This document shows, one piece after another, positions 1 to 10,048 of a stretch of DNA of 64,000 bases. The position numbers were made by a program, and so were the translations under genes. The stretch covers positions 64,508 through 128,507 of the forward strand of contig JAGBEP010000019.1 in assembly GCA_017936925.1 (NCBI GenBank). The letters run 5' to 3'. Origin of the DNA: Clostridia bacterium (GTDB lineage: Bacteria; Bacillota; Clostridia; TANB77; CAG-508). The notes under the pieces were generated by a model. The model had not been told where the DNA came from and searched no databases. It saw nothing but the letters and a program-made list of their open reading frames with translations. Position 1 is the first letter of the stretch. Each line of letters opens with the position of its first letter.

Positions 1-123
1 TCTTATTATTGCATTAAAGTAAAATACGTTTTTTGATGAAACGTCTTCTTGATATTTTTGTCTATAACTTTCCGCTATTCTTTTTGAGACATTTTCATTA
101 CTTACTGCAAATAGAATTTTCAT
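1..123 (-). CDS. hypothetical protein, N-terminal part only (gene runs off the left edge)
   Basis: ATG at 123 follows a GGGGG Shine-Dalgarno. Translation MKILFAVSNENVSKRIAESYRQKYQEDVSSKNVFYFNAIIR stays open to position 1. Absent from the ORF track because it is truncated. Confidence 0.4.
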   Translation of the reverse strand, partial: MKILFAVSNENVSKRIAESYRQKYQEDVSSKNVFYFNAIIR

Positions 124-151
124 TTGTTAACCCCCAGACTTTCTTCTGTTT

Positions 152-583
152 TTATAAAACCCATCCTCTTACGACAATTGTAAATACTAATGGTAATATT
201 TGCGCAATTACTAAAATTGTTACGAACGCTATAATTAGGTTAAATCCTCTATCTCTAATATCTAATCTTCTGATACCTATAATATATTGATATATAGCTC
301 CTACTGCTACACCTAATAAGCAAAATGGTATACTATATATTCTTACAGTATCTAATATCATTGCAGTTATACCGTAAGCTTTAGAACCATATTTTTCAGT
401 ATATTGTTCTAATTTTCCGTTTGCTTCTTCTTTTATTTTATAGAAGTCACTTGCGTTTTCTGATTCAAGTACTTCGTTATCTTCCACTGATTTGTTTTCT
501 GATTCTGCATATACTGGAGTGAATGATACTAATATTAATGTTAGACTTAAAAATATGCTTGTTAGTGCTAGTATTTTTTTCAT
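152..583 (-). CDS. small secreted/membrane protein: signal peptide, acidic segment, two C-terminal TM helices
   Basis: Signal peptide MKKILALTSIFLSLTLILVSFTPVYA|ESEN, then two hydrophobic helices split by the basic loop GIRRLDIRDRG. GGGAGGA RBS, and TTGATA-17-TATGAT upstream. Confidence 0.6.
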   Translation of the reverse strand: MKKILALTSIFLSLTLILVSFTPVYAESENKSVEDNEVLESENASDFYKIKEEANGKLEQYTEKYGSKAYGITAMILDTVRIYSIPFCLLGVAVGAIYQYIIGIRRLDIRDRGFNLIIAFVTILVIAQILPLVFTIVVRGWVL

Positions 584-700
584 TTTTTATCCTCCCATTT
601 TTTCCTTTTCTGCCTAATTTTATACATATATAATCATACAATAAAACAAAAAAAATATCAACTAATTTTTTGACATTTCTTTTCTGTTTTTCAATGTTTT

Positions 701-737
701 TAGGGACCTGATATGTTTTATTTATACTAGGTCCCTA
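701..737. terminator. 9-bp GC-containing hairpin right after the stop of the 741..2012 gene
   Basis: TAGGGACCT (701-709) pairs with AGGTCCCTA (729-737). The T-run lies only on the plus-strand side, so terminator function for the minus-strand gene is uncertain. Confidence 0.35.
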
Positions 738-740
738 TTT

Positions 741-2012
741 TTATAATCTATTATATAAATATGTCATCCATTTAAATATTCCATTTGCCCAATTTTTATC
801 ACTTGCATATCTTGTATTTACTCCTGTAAGTGTTGGTCCATTATAATATGTACCTGTTGCTATTTGTCCATCATAAATTTCTGTTCCTGCTGGATTTAAA
901 TATGTTTTCACTAATACTCTTGATACAAGGTCTATTCCTTCTGCATATGAACTGAATGTTGAGGCACCTCCATATGGATTGCTATCATATGCTCCATATC
1001 CGAATAAATTTTTCTTATCGTTTGCTATTTTTGACGTTCCCCAACCGCCTTCGTGTATAGCCATTGCTGCTATAAATATTCCATTTATTCCATATTGTCT
1101 TTCAACATAATAAAAATATTCTGCATTAGATTCTAGTACTCTTTGAGTGTCTGCACTATTTCCAGATAGAACTTTCTTAAATTGATTTAGTGATAATCCA
1201 CTTGGTTTTGTTAAATCCATATTAAAGTCTAGACTTGCTAGTAGTTCTTCTCTAGAATATTCTACTCCTACTGAGAAGTTTTGTGAATTAGTTCCACCGT
1301 TAGGGTTTATATTTGTAAAGCATGCGCTATCCGCGTATCCAATATAGTTTTCTACTTGTATTTTTAGCCAATTATTATTTACTACTTCCATTATTATTAC
1401 TTTTCCGTCTTTGGCTATTTCACAAATTTCTGATGCTTTTCTATTAGGAGATTCACGTAATTTTACTTTTTCTGGAGTTGCCCATACGACGTCTCCTTCT
1501 TTAGGTGTGTAGTTGTTACTTCCTTCTCCTGTTCCAATTTCAACAATTTTGTTTACTGCATTTGCAGTTACTTCTCCTTCTATTCTTTCTTCTGAAATAT
1601 ACTCGTTCCCTTGATATGTTTTTATTATTACCATCATTTGTTTTCCGTCAGTTCCTTCTTGTTGTACTCTTATTGTTCCTGATGGCAATTCATTATTTTC
1701 AACATATTCAGTAGTATAATCCAAATCAACTTCGTCTACATTAAGTGTTTTTTTGTAAGTTTCACTTGTGTTTTCTCTTAGAATTTCTTTTACATCTATT
1801 GGATTTTTATTTTCTTCCATAGCAACTTTTTCATTTACTTGTACTATCTCTTCTTTTTCTTCTACTACTGTTGATATAGCTTGTACTTTTTTAAATGATC
1901 TTAAGCATAGAATTGAAGTCAGAATAAGAATCACTATTATTATACTATATATTATTAATCTTTGTTTTATAATTTGCTCTCTGGTTTTTATAACATATTT
2001 TATTTTTCTCAT
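741..2012 (-). CDS. membrane-anchored cell-wall hydrolase: G5 domain, SH3-like domain, N-acetylglucosaminidase domain
   Basis: N-terminal TM. G5-like stretch TIRVQQEGTDGKQMMVIIKTYQGNE...IVEIGTG. C-terminal glucosaminidase-like FIAAMAIHEGGWGTSKIA...NLFGYGAYD. AAGGAG RBS. Confidence 0.75.
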   Translation of the reverse strand: MRKIKYVIKTREQIIKQRLIIYSIIIVILILTSILCLRSFKKVQAISTVVEEKEEIVQVNEKVAMEENKNPIDVKEILRENTSETYKKTLNVDEVDLDYTTEYVENNELPSGTIRVQQEGTDGKQMMVIIKTYQGNEYISEERIEGEVTANAVNKIVEIGTGEGSNNYTPKEGDVVWATPEKVKLRESPNRKASEICEIAKDGKVIIMEVVNNNWLKIQVENYIGYADSACFTNINPNGGTNSQNFSVGVEYSREELLASLDFNMDLTKPSGLSLNQFKKVLSGNSADTQRVLESNAEYFYYVERQYGINGIFIAAMAIHEGGWGTSKIANDKKNLFGYGAYDSNPYGGASTFSSYAEGIDLVSRVLVKTYLNPAGTEIYDGQIATGTYYNGPTLTGVNTRYASDKNWANGIFKWMTYLYNRL

Positions 2013-2189
2013 TTCTTGCTCCTTTTAATATTGTAATATTTGACTCTTTTTTTGTCAATTGAAGTTTTTGGATTTATTTAGCTTTTCTTATTGAATAATT
2101 GCCATTTTTGTTATATATTTATTTTAGTTTTTGGTCTTTTACCAAGAGCTTTTACTTATGATAAATTTTGTTTGAAAGGATTTTATTTT

Positions 2190-3017
2190 ATGTTTCAAGA
2201 CAAACAGATAAAAATAGTTTTAACCATTTCTGTAGCTATTTTTCTTATATTAATTTTATTTTTTGCTTATAATACAATTCAAACTGGAAAAAATACTTCT
2301 GTGCAAAATTCTAATGAACCTGTATTGTCTTTAACTACTGATAGCAATATTTTTAAAGTAGATTCTGTTTTAATGTACGCATCTGCTAATGCTTTAAACA
2401 ATGATCAAATGCAAAAGGATTATTGGGATTTAAACTTGTATCAATATTCTGATATTGCACTTAATATAGATAATAATGTTTCAATCGATGGTCTTACTCA
2501 AAAAAATACTATAAAAGAAATGTATATAGATAATATTTCATATCCTAAAATGCCTGATAAAGGTACTCCACATTTATATGTTAAAGATTATAACTTTTTT
2601 GGCAAAGGCGTTATTGATGAAGAAAATTTGATAAATGATAGAATTGATTTTAAAGTTGTATCTTCTAATGATGAAGAGCTTTCTCCTTTATCTTTTTATG
2701 CTGATTGCTCTAATCCAATTTTACTTTCTGCAATTAATGAAGAGATTGTTTCTAACTTTGTCCTTAGAAATACAAATTCTGCAGTTACTTTTGACGGCAA
2801 TTTATTACTAGATGCAACTATTTTGTTAAGTAATATTGAATATTCACTTTCTTTTTCTATTCATATTATTAATGAATTAGATGAAGAATATATTTGTACA
2901 GTTACAATTCCGATTAAATTAAGTGATGATAATGATATTAATTCAATTTATGATGGTTCATATCAATTAGTTTCTACTGATATGAAAGAGACTAAATTTT
3001 ACAAAAGAGAAAACTAA
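2190..3017 (+). CDS. hypothetical membrane-anchored protein
   Basis: Tracked ORF trimmed to the ATG at 2190 (MFQDKQIKIVLTISVAIFLILILFF, one N-terminal TM). No family recognised. Confidence 0.5.
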   Translation: MFQDKQIKIVLTISVAIFLILILFFAYNTIQTGKNTSVQNSNEPVLSLTTDSNIFKVDSVLMYASANALNNDQMQKDYWDLNLYQYSDIALNIDNNVSIDGLTQKNTIKEMYIDNISYPKMPDKGTPHLYVKDYNFFGKGVIDEENLINDRIDFKVVSSNDEELSPLSFYADCSNPILLSAINEEIVSNFVLRNTNSAVTFDGNLLLDATILLSNIEYSLSFSIHIINELDEEYICTVTIPIKLSDDNDINSIYDGSYQLVSTDMKETKFYKREN

Positions 3018-3049
3018 TATAAACAATTTGAAAGGAATGGTTTAGACTT

Positions 3050-4801
3050 ATGAAAAAAAGTTCTCATTTAGCTTATATGCAAAAACATTATTTTAGTGCT
3101 GCTAATTATTCTACTCTTCATGAAATGCTTTATAGTGTTTCTAAAAAATATGGTGATAAACCAGCTTTTATATTAAAAGATTCTACAGGATATCCTTATA
3201 CTGTTTCTTATTTTAATTTGTTAAAAGATGTAGAATCTGTTGGTATTTCTCTTATAAAAAATGGTTTTATGAATAAAAAAATTGCTTTGATTGGAAAGAA
3301 TAGTTATAAATGGGCTATTTCTTATTTAGCTGCTTGTATTGTTGGAGTTGTTGTTCCTATTGATAAGGAATTACATTCTGATGATGTTATTAATTTTTTA
3401 AATGTTTCTGAAGCTGCTGTCATTTTGGGTGATGATAAAAATTTATCTGAAATTTTTGAATCTAATGAAAAATTAGAACATGATATTACATATATAAATT
3501 TTGATTTAAAAGCTAATACTGATTCTTTTTATAGTTTTGATGCTTTTAAGAGTTCTGGTTTATATAATTTAGAAAATGATAATAAATTTAAATCTATTAA
3601 GATTAGTCCTGATGAAATGCATTTTTTGCTTTTTACTTCTGGTACAACTGGAAACTCCAAAGGTGTTTGTCTTTCTCATAAGAATATTTGCTCTAACATT
3701 TTCTCTGTTGGAAGCATTGTAAAGGTTTCTCCTTCTACATCAATTCTTTCAATACTTCCAATGCATCATACTTATGAGTGTACACTTGGTTTTTTGCTTG
3801 TTATTTCTAGTGGAGGTACTATTTCTTTTTGTGAAGGATTGAAAAAGCTTTCTAATAATTTTCTAGAGTTTAAACCAAATATTATTTTGAGTGTTCCTCT
3901 TCTTTTAGAAAAGCTTCATAAAAAAATAATGAAGTCTCTTAAAGATAGCTTGCCAGAGAAATATTTTAAAGATGATAAGCACATCATGGATTGTGTTCCC
4001 TTCTTTTTTAAACCTATTATCAAGCGTAAAATTTTAAAATCTCTGGGTGGTAATTTGAAAAAAATTATTGTTGGAGCTTCTGCAATTGATCCAAAACTTT
4101 TAGAGTCTTATGAAAAATTTGGTATTACGGTTTTATCTGGATATGGTTTGACTGAATGTTCTCCTCTTGTTGCTGGAAATAATGACTTCTTCCATAAGTT
4201 TGATTCATGTGGCCTTCCTATTCCTAATGTAGAGTTTGTTATTGATTCTCCTAATAAAGAAGGTGTTGGTGAAATTTTAGTAAAAGGTCCAAATGTTATG
4301 CTTGGATATTATAAAAATGAAGAAGCTACTAAAGCTACTTTTGAGGGTGAATATCTAAAAACCGGTGATTTAGGAAAAATAGATGAAAATGGTTATTTGT
4401 ATATATGTGGTAGAGCTAAAAGTGTTATCATTACGAAAAATGGAAAAAATGTCTACCCTGAAGAATTAGAAGATATGCTCAATAAAAATGATTATATTGA
4501 AGAGTCTTTAGTTGCTGGTACTTTTAATGAAGCACATAAAGATACTGAAGTTACGGCTTTAATTGTTCTTAATATGGATAATATTAGAAAAAAATTTAAA
4601 AAGCCAACTAAAGAAGATATCACTAAACTTATAAATTCTGCTATTAAAACGATTAATGATAAACTCCCTAATTTTAAACATATAAAAAATTACGTTATAA
4701 AGGAAGATGAACTTGAAAAAACTACTACACAAAAAGTTAAACGTTTTGGAAATAATATTGAAGAGTTAAAAAATAGACTAAAAAATAAGAGAAAGAAATA
4801 A
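3050..4801 (+). CDS. AMP-dependent synthetase/ligase (long-chain fatty acid-CoA ligase-like)
   Basis: AMP-binding motif FTSGTTGNSKGV, plus GYGLTE and TGDLG...GYLYICGRAK motifs. 583 aa. Confidence 0.85.
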   Translation: MKKSSHLAYMQKHYFSAANYSTLHEMLYSVSKKYGDKPAFILKDSTGYPYTVSYFNLLKDVESVGISLIKNGFMNKKIALIGKNSYKWAISYLAACIVGVVVPIDKELHSDDVINFLNVSEAAVILGDDKNLSEIFESNEKLEHDITYINFDLKANTDSFYSFDAFKSSGLYNLENDNKFKSIKISPDEMHFLLFTSGTTGNSKGVCLSHKNICSNIFSVGSIVKVSPSTSILSILPMHHTYECTLGFLLVISSGGTISFCEGLKKLSNNFLEFKPNIILSVPLLLEKLHKKIMKSLKDSLPEKYFKDDKHIMDCVPFFFKPIIKRKILKSLGGNLKKIIVGASAIDPKLLESYEKFGITVLSGYGLTECSPLVAGNNDFFHKFDSCGLPIPNVEFVIDSPNKEGVGEILVKGPNVMLGYYKNEEATKATFEGEYLKTGDLGKIDENGYLYICGRAKSVIITKNGKNVYPEELEDMLNKNDYIEESLVAGTFNEAHKDTEVTALIVLNMDNIRKKFKKPTKEDITKLINSAIKTINDKLPNFKHIKNYVIKEDELEKTTTQKVKRFGNNIEELKNRLKNKRKK

Positions 4802-4822
4802 TCTTTCTCTTATTTTTATTTC
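4784..4822 (+). terminator. rho-independent terminator of the acyl-CoA ligase gene
   Basis: AATAAGAGAAAG / CTTTCTCTTATT 12-bp stem overlapping the stop codon, followed by a T-run. Confidence 0.6.
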
Positions 4823-4866
4823 TTGTTTATTTTTAAGTTAATAAAGGCTTCTCAAAAATGAATACT

Positions 4867-5776
4867 TTATATTCTTATTGTTGCTCCAATTATTCCTGCA
4901 TCATTTTTTAATTTTGCTAGTTCAATTTTAGGTATTGCATTTTTATTGAATCTGCTGTTTTTATCTTTTATTTTTTCTAATAGTCTATCATATACTGGAT
5001 TTCCTTCATAGTATGAAAAGCTTCCTCCTAATACTACTATTTCTGGTTCAAATAAATCTATTAGATTGCAAACACCTATTGATAGATCTTCTATAAATTG
5101 ATAAACTACTTCTTTTACTTTTTCATTGTTGAAATCTAATAATTGTTCTCTTAGATATTGTCCTGAAAAGTCATTATCTATGTCTAGTACTTCTGCTATT
5201 TTATTTCTGAAGGCTCTTATTGATGCATATGTTTCAAAACATCCTCTTTTTCCACATGTACATTGTCTTCCGCCTTTGTTTATTACCATATGTCCAAATT
5301 CAAATCCTGAAAATCTTTTTGGAACTAGCATTTCTCCATTTAAAAATGCTGCACCGCCTATTCCTGTTCCGATACATATAAATACGCAGTCATCATAGTC
5401 TCTCATACTTCCATAATGTTTTTCTGCTAGAGCTGCACATTTTGAATCATTTTTTATTTGCATTGGCAAGTTTATATATTTTTGTAGTTCTGATATTAAA
5501 TCAAAGTTTTCTAATCCTAAATTTGTAGCTTGAACAATTTTATTATCACTTATTGTTCCTGGTGAAGCTATTCCTATAAATTCAATGTCGTTTAAATCTA
5601 CATTTGCTTCTTCTATTACTTTATTTAATAATTCTATTATAATTTTTACGATACTTTCTTTTACATTTACTCTATCTGTTCTTGTTAAATTTCTTTCTTC
5701 AATATTTAGGATTGCTCCGCTTATTTATTAATCCTACTCCTACATGGCTTCCACCTATATCTATTCCAATTCTCAT
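4867..5776 (-). pseudogene. glcK: ROK-family glucokinase interrupted by a 1-nt frameshift
   Basis: MRIGIDIGGSHVGVGLIN (ATG at 5776) hits a stop after 25 codons. The +1 frame continues SGAILNIEERNLT...IGIASPGT... into the tracked 200-aa ORF, which carries the ROK CxCGxxGC motif. Span is 910 nt, which is 3n+1. Confidence 0.8.
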
Positions 5777-5834
5777 AATTACATCCTTTCTAAAAAAGGA
5801 ACGCACATATATAGTATGTCGTTCCTTCTTATTT

Positions 5835-7205
5835 TTACACATATTCGCTGCTGAACATAAATGATCCCATGTACAACTGTATACAAGGCACTAATACTAC
5901 TACAACAAAGAATATTAAAACTGCACCAACTAGTATGTAGCTGATTTCTGGTAAAACTTTCATAATTCTTTGTAAGATTACGTCTATATCTGATTCAACA
6001 AATTCTAGCATTTTGTCCATCATCATTGGTAAGTCTGTTTGCATACCTACTTTAAGCATTTCTGTTGTCATACTGTTTCCAAATCCAGATTCTTCAAATG
6101 GCTCAACCCATGATTTACCAATTAAGCAATTGTTAATTGCATTTTCTAGTATTGATAACATTACATTATTTTTTGCAACGTTTTTACTAACTTCTAAAGC
6201 TTGTTGTACTCTCATTCCATTTTTTATATTTAATGATACTGATTTCATTACTCTTGAAAAATCTACTGCATAAATTAATGGACCAAATATTGGTGCTTTG
6301 TATTTGAATAGATGCCATTGATATCTTCCTTTTGGTGTTCTTATATATGCAATTATTCCTATTACTACTGTTGCTATTAGAATTACCGGATAATACCACC
6401 AATATTTTGCACTGTCTAAAAATTTAGCAAACCATTGTGTTATCCAAGGTAACTGATCTTTTGATCCCATAGATTCAAAAACCTCTTGAATTGATGGAAT
6501 TACAAAGATAGTTCCAACTAATAATAACCCTATCATACCTACGAATTGTATTACGTTTGGCATTACTATTTTTTTAACTTTTTTAGCTAGTGCGTCAGAA
6601 TTCTCTAAATAATCCATTGCTTGTTCTAATGATTTTACTAGTGCTCCTGATAGTTCACCAACTTTAATCATGTTTACATATATTACTGGAAATATGCTTG
6701 AATAATATTCCATTGTTGTATACATATTTTCTCCAGATTCAACACCGGCTAGTATATCTTCTAGTATTGATTTAAAATTTGGATTTTCTGTTGTTGAAAT
6801 AACTGTTTCTAATGCGTGTATATTGTTAAAGTCTGCTTTTTTTAATAATAGAAAGTTTTGTGTAAATATTAAAATATCTCTTGTTTTTATTTTCTTTCCT
6901 CTATTACTTGCGATTTTTTTACTTTTTGATGTCATATCTCTTTTTACTTTTTGGTTTGAATTACTTTTATAGATTAGTTTGACTTGTTCTGGTGATAAGT
7001 CTTTTAATATTTCTTCAGAACTTCTATGTTTTTTTACAGGGGCTCTTCCGCTTGCAGTTACTTCTAGCGCTTGTTGAATGTCTATTGGTGTCAAGCCGTT
7101 TTTCTTTAGCATTTTATATAATTCTTCTTTTGTTATACCATTTACTGTATTCTTGGTCATTTGTCCAGTTCTATTGTCTATAGCTTTATATTGAAATGCT
7201 GGCAT
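5835..7205 (-). CDS. pilC: type IV pilus platform protein (GspF/PilC family)
   Basis: 456 aa, polytopic, two GspF-like repeats. Last gene of the pilus cluster. GGAGG RBS. Confidence 0.85.
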   Translation of the reverse strand: MPAFQYKAIDNRTGQMTKNTVNGITKEELYKMLKKNGLTPIDIQQALEVTASGRAPVKKHRSSEEILKDLSPEQVKLIYKSNSNQKVKRDMTSKSKKIASNRGKKIKTRDILIFTQNFLLLKKADFNNIHALETVISTTENPNFKSILEDILAGVESGENMYTTMEYYSSIFPVIYVNMIKVGELSGALVKSLEQAMDYLENSDALAKKVKKIVMPNVIQFVGMIGLLLVGTIFVIPSIQEVFESMGSKDQLPWITQWFAKFLDSAKYWWYYPVILIATVVIGIIAYIRTPKGRYQWHLFKYKAPIFGPLIYAVDFSRVMKSVSLNIKNGMRVQQALEVSKNVAKNNVMLSILENAINNCLIGKSWVEPFEESGFGNSMTTEMLKVGMQTDLPMMMDKMLEFVESDIDVILQRIMKVLPEISYILVGAVLIFFVVVVLVPCIQLYMGSFMFSSEYV

Positions 7206-7217
7206 ATTCTACCTCCA

Positions 7218-8336
7218 TTATAATTGTTGTGATGCTCTTCCTACTCCTCCTGATTTTAATTGCATAATTGTTTTGTCTAATGTTTCATAATTTTTCTCTT
7301 CTATTTGTGCTTGTGCTTGTTCTAATGTTATTTTATCTTTTAAATACAATTCTGCCAATACATTTATTAATCCTTGGCTTCCTTTATCTTTTGTAGATTG
7401 TATAGCGTCTTCAACTTCAGAAACTGAAAACTTTTCTTTTCTAATGCACCCTGCAACTACGTTGTCTACTACCATAACTTCTGGTACCATTACAAGTTCA
7501 CTTCCATCTGCTGATTTTATTAATCTCTGTGATACTATAATTTTTAATAAAGCTGACATCAAGTATTTAATTTGTGCTTGATCTGATAATTCATAAAAGT
7601 TTATAATTCTGTCTAGAGTTTCTGCACATGATTTAGTATGTAATGTTCCTATTACTAAGTGACCAGACTCTGCCATATCGATTGCTGCAGCCATTGTTTC
7701 TTTATCTCTAATTTCTCCTATTACTAATATATCGCAGTCTTCTCTTAGAGCATTTCTAACACCATCGTGGAAACTCAATGAATCACCAGCTATACCAACT
7801 TCTTTTTGTACTATTATTGATTTCTTAGTTTTATGTTTGTATTCAACTGGAGCCTCTAATGTTAATATTTTTCTGTTTTGATTTTCGTTTATATCATTAA
7901 TTAAACAGTTTAATGTTGTTGTTTTACCAGAGTTTGTTTTTCCTGTAACTAAAATAACACCTTGTGGTTGATATGTCATTCTTCTTATTACATCTGGAAC
8001 TCCTAAATCTTCAAACCTTGGTAATTCATTTTTTATAATTCTTAGCGTAAACAAAGGTATATTGTCCATTTGAGAAATATTTACTCTTAGTCTTACATCT
8101 TTATAAGCAATTGCTGTATCTAGTCTTTTGTCTTTTTTGAATAATTCATCGTTTTCAACGCTTCCATTTACTATAAAATCGTAAAATCCATAAATATCTT
8201 CTTCAGTAACTACTGGATATTTTGATGGAACTAATGATTTAGTTATTCTTAGTACTGGTTTTAACCCGCATATAATGTGAATATCAGATGCACCTTTTTG
8301 AATAGCTTCTTCTATAATATCTTCTAAATTCAACAT
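7218..8336 (-). CDS. pilT: type IV pilus retraction ATPase (PilT family)
   Basis: 372 aa. Walker A GKTNSGKTTT, LREDCDILVIGEIRD, GHLVIGTLHT. PilT-sized, with no N-terminal GspE extension. Confidence 0.85.
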   Translation of the reverse strand: MLNLEDIIEEAIQKGASDIHIICGLKPVLRITKSLVPSKYPVVTEEDIYGFYDFIVNGSVENDELFKKDKRLDTAIAYKDVRLRVNISQMDNIPLFTLRIIKNELPRFEDLGVPDVIRRMTYQPQGVILVTGKTNSGKTTTLNCLINDINENQNRKILTLEAPVEYKHKTKKSIIVQKEVGIAGDSLSFHDGVRNALREDCDILVIGEIRDKETMAAAIDMAESGHLVIGTLHTKSCAETLDRIINFYELSDQAQIKYLMSALLKIIVSQRLIKSADGSELVMVPEVMVVDNVVAGCIRKEKFSVSEVEDAIQSTKDKGSQGLINVLAELYLKDKITLEQAQAQIEEKNYETLDKTIMQLKSGGVGRASQQL

Positions 8337-8356
8337 AAAACTTTTTTCCTTCCTTA

Positions 8357-10000
8357 TTATATATTATTAAAAATTAATGTTTTATTATTTAATTCTTCAA
8401 CTGTTATTAACCCATCAACTACTTTCTTTACACCGTCCATTTCGAATGGTAAAAAACCTTCTTCTAATGCTGCTTTTCTTATTTCAAAAGTAGACTTTCC
8501 ATTCATTACAAGTTCTTTTATCTTATCTGTTAATGTTAATATTTCTATTATTGCAATTCTTCCTGAGTATCCTGTCATGTTGCATTCTTTGCAACCAATT
8601 GTATCCCATGTATATTTGTCTGTAAAATCAAATTCCATGTTATATTTTTTTGAAAATGTATTAATTTTTCTTTTTTCTTCTTCTGTGAATTCTCTTTTTT
8701 GTGCACAATGTGGACACACTTTTCTTACAAGTCTTTGAGAAACTGCTGTTGCTAATGTACTTGCTATATCGTAGTCTGATATACCAAGTTTTCTAAGTCT
8801 TGTTATTACTTCTATTGAATTTATTGTATGAATTGTTGATAAAACATAGTGTCCTGTTTGTCCAGCTTCTAGTGCTATTTCTGCTGTTTCTAGATCTCTG
8901 ATTTCTCCTACTAGAACAATATTTGGATCTTGTCTTAATACTGTTCTTAATGCACTTGCAAATGTGGTTTTGGCGTCCATTTCAACTTGGTTTAATCCTG
9001 GAAGTCTAACTTCAACTGGATCTTCTAGTGTTATGATATTTACTGTATTTGTGTTTAATACTTTTATTATGCTGTATAATGTTGTAGTTTTTCCTTCACC
9101 TGTAGGCGCTGCAACAATTGTTACAGAATTTCTTTTATCAAAGTATTTAGTTATTAAATTTTCATCTCTAGGGAATCCTAACTCATATATATCTCTAATT
9201 TTTGCATCTTTCTTTAAAAGTCTTAGAACGAATTTTTCTCCATATATTGTTTTTTGAGATGACACACGGATATTGAATCCTGGATACATAATAATTCTAC
9301 CATCTTGTGATTCTTGTTTTTCTTGATACATATTTGAAATAGCTTTTAATCTACCTATCATTTGGCTTTGATTTTCTTTTCCTATTCTGGCTACTGTTAT
9401 TAAATCACCATCTATTCTGTATCTTACTCTTATGTCTTTTTCCATTGGTTCTATGTGTATATCTGATGCATTTTTTTCCATTCCTGTTTTTATTATAGTA
9501 TCTACCATTTTTGTAATATCTTTATTAGCAGTATTTCCTAAGTCTTCTGTTGTAGAATTACTATCTAACTGTTCTAAAGTTTCGTTAATTTTATTTGTAA
9601 AAGATATATACTTTTCCATACTATATCCATTGTGCATAAGCATTAGTCTTATTTGCTCAACTAATTTTGTATTTGATGTGTCTGAAAAGCATACTTTTAC
9701 TTTTCCGTTTAAATCATCAAATGGTATTACGTTGTTTTTCTTTGCCATATCCATAGATATATATTTAGATATGTTTACATTAACAAGTTCTGGTTTCATT
9801 ATTATTACTTTTTCGCCTAATATTTCTCCCATTGCTTGGATTAATTCTTTTTCATCTACTCTTCCTAATTCAGCTAAGGCTTCTCCTATTTTTACATTTG
9901 GATGCTCTTTTTGATATCTTATAGCTTCTTTTATATCAGCTTCTGTTGCTACTTTACGTCTTACTAATTCAATGCCTATTGGCACCTTTTTAATAGCCAT
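8357..10000 (-). CDS. pilB: type IV pilus assembly ATPase (GspE/PilB family)
   Basis: 547 aa. Walker A APTGEGKTTT, LRQDPNIVLVGEIRD, STIHT His box, and tetracysteine CPHC...CKEC. Confidence 0.9.
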   Translation of the reverse strand: MAIKKVPIGIELVRRKVATEADIKEAIRYQKEHPNVKIGEALAELGRVDEKELIQAMGEILGEKVIIMKPELVNVNISKYISMDMAKKNNVIPFDDLNGKVKVCFSDTSNTKLVEQIRLMLMHNGYSMEKYISFTNKINETLEQLDSNSTTEDLGNTANKDITKMVDTIIKTGMEKNASDIHIEPMEKDIRVRYRIDGDLITVARIGKENQSQMIGRLKAISNMYQEKQESQDGRIIMYPGFNIRVSSQKTIYGEKFVLRLLKKDAKIRDIYELGFPRDENLITKYFDKRNSVTIVAAPTGEGKTTTLYSIIKVLNTNTVNIITLEDPVEVRLPGLNQVEMDAKTTFASALRTVLRQDPNIVLVGEIRDLETAEIALEAGQTGHYVLSTIHTINSIEVITRLRKLGISDYDIASTLATAVSQRLVRKVCPHCAQKREFTEEEKRKINTFSKKYNMEFDFTDKYTWDTIGCKECNMTGYSGRIAIIEILTLTDKIKELVMNGKSTFEIRKAALEEGFLPFEMDGVKKVVDGLITVEELNNKTLIFNNI

Positions 10001-10048
10001 TATTTTTATCTCCTTCTAAGAAATTTATTTTTCTCTTTTCCCATTTTA

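Noticed and set aside
8964-9914. Long antisense ORFs in the six-frame track. Examples: 8964-9257, 9432-9914, 18102-18689, 39346-39951, 42813-43565, 60107-60541 and many others opposite strong genes.
   Set aside because: They lie entirely inside well-supported genes on the other strand, lack RBSs, and translate to F/L/I/S-rich low-complexity strings. That is what shadow frames look like in very AT-rich DNA.
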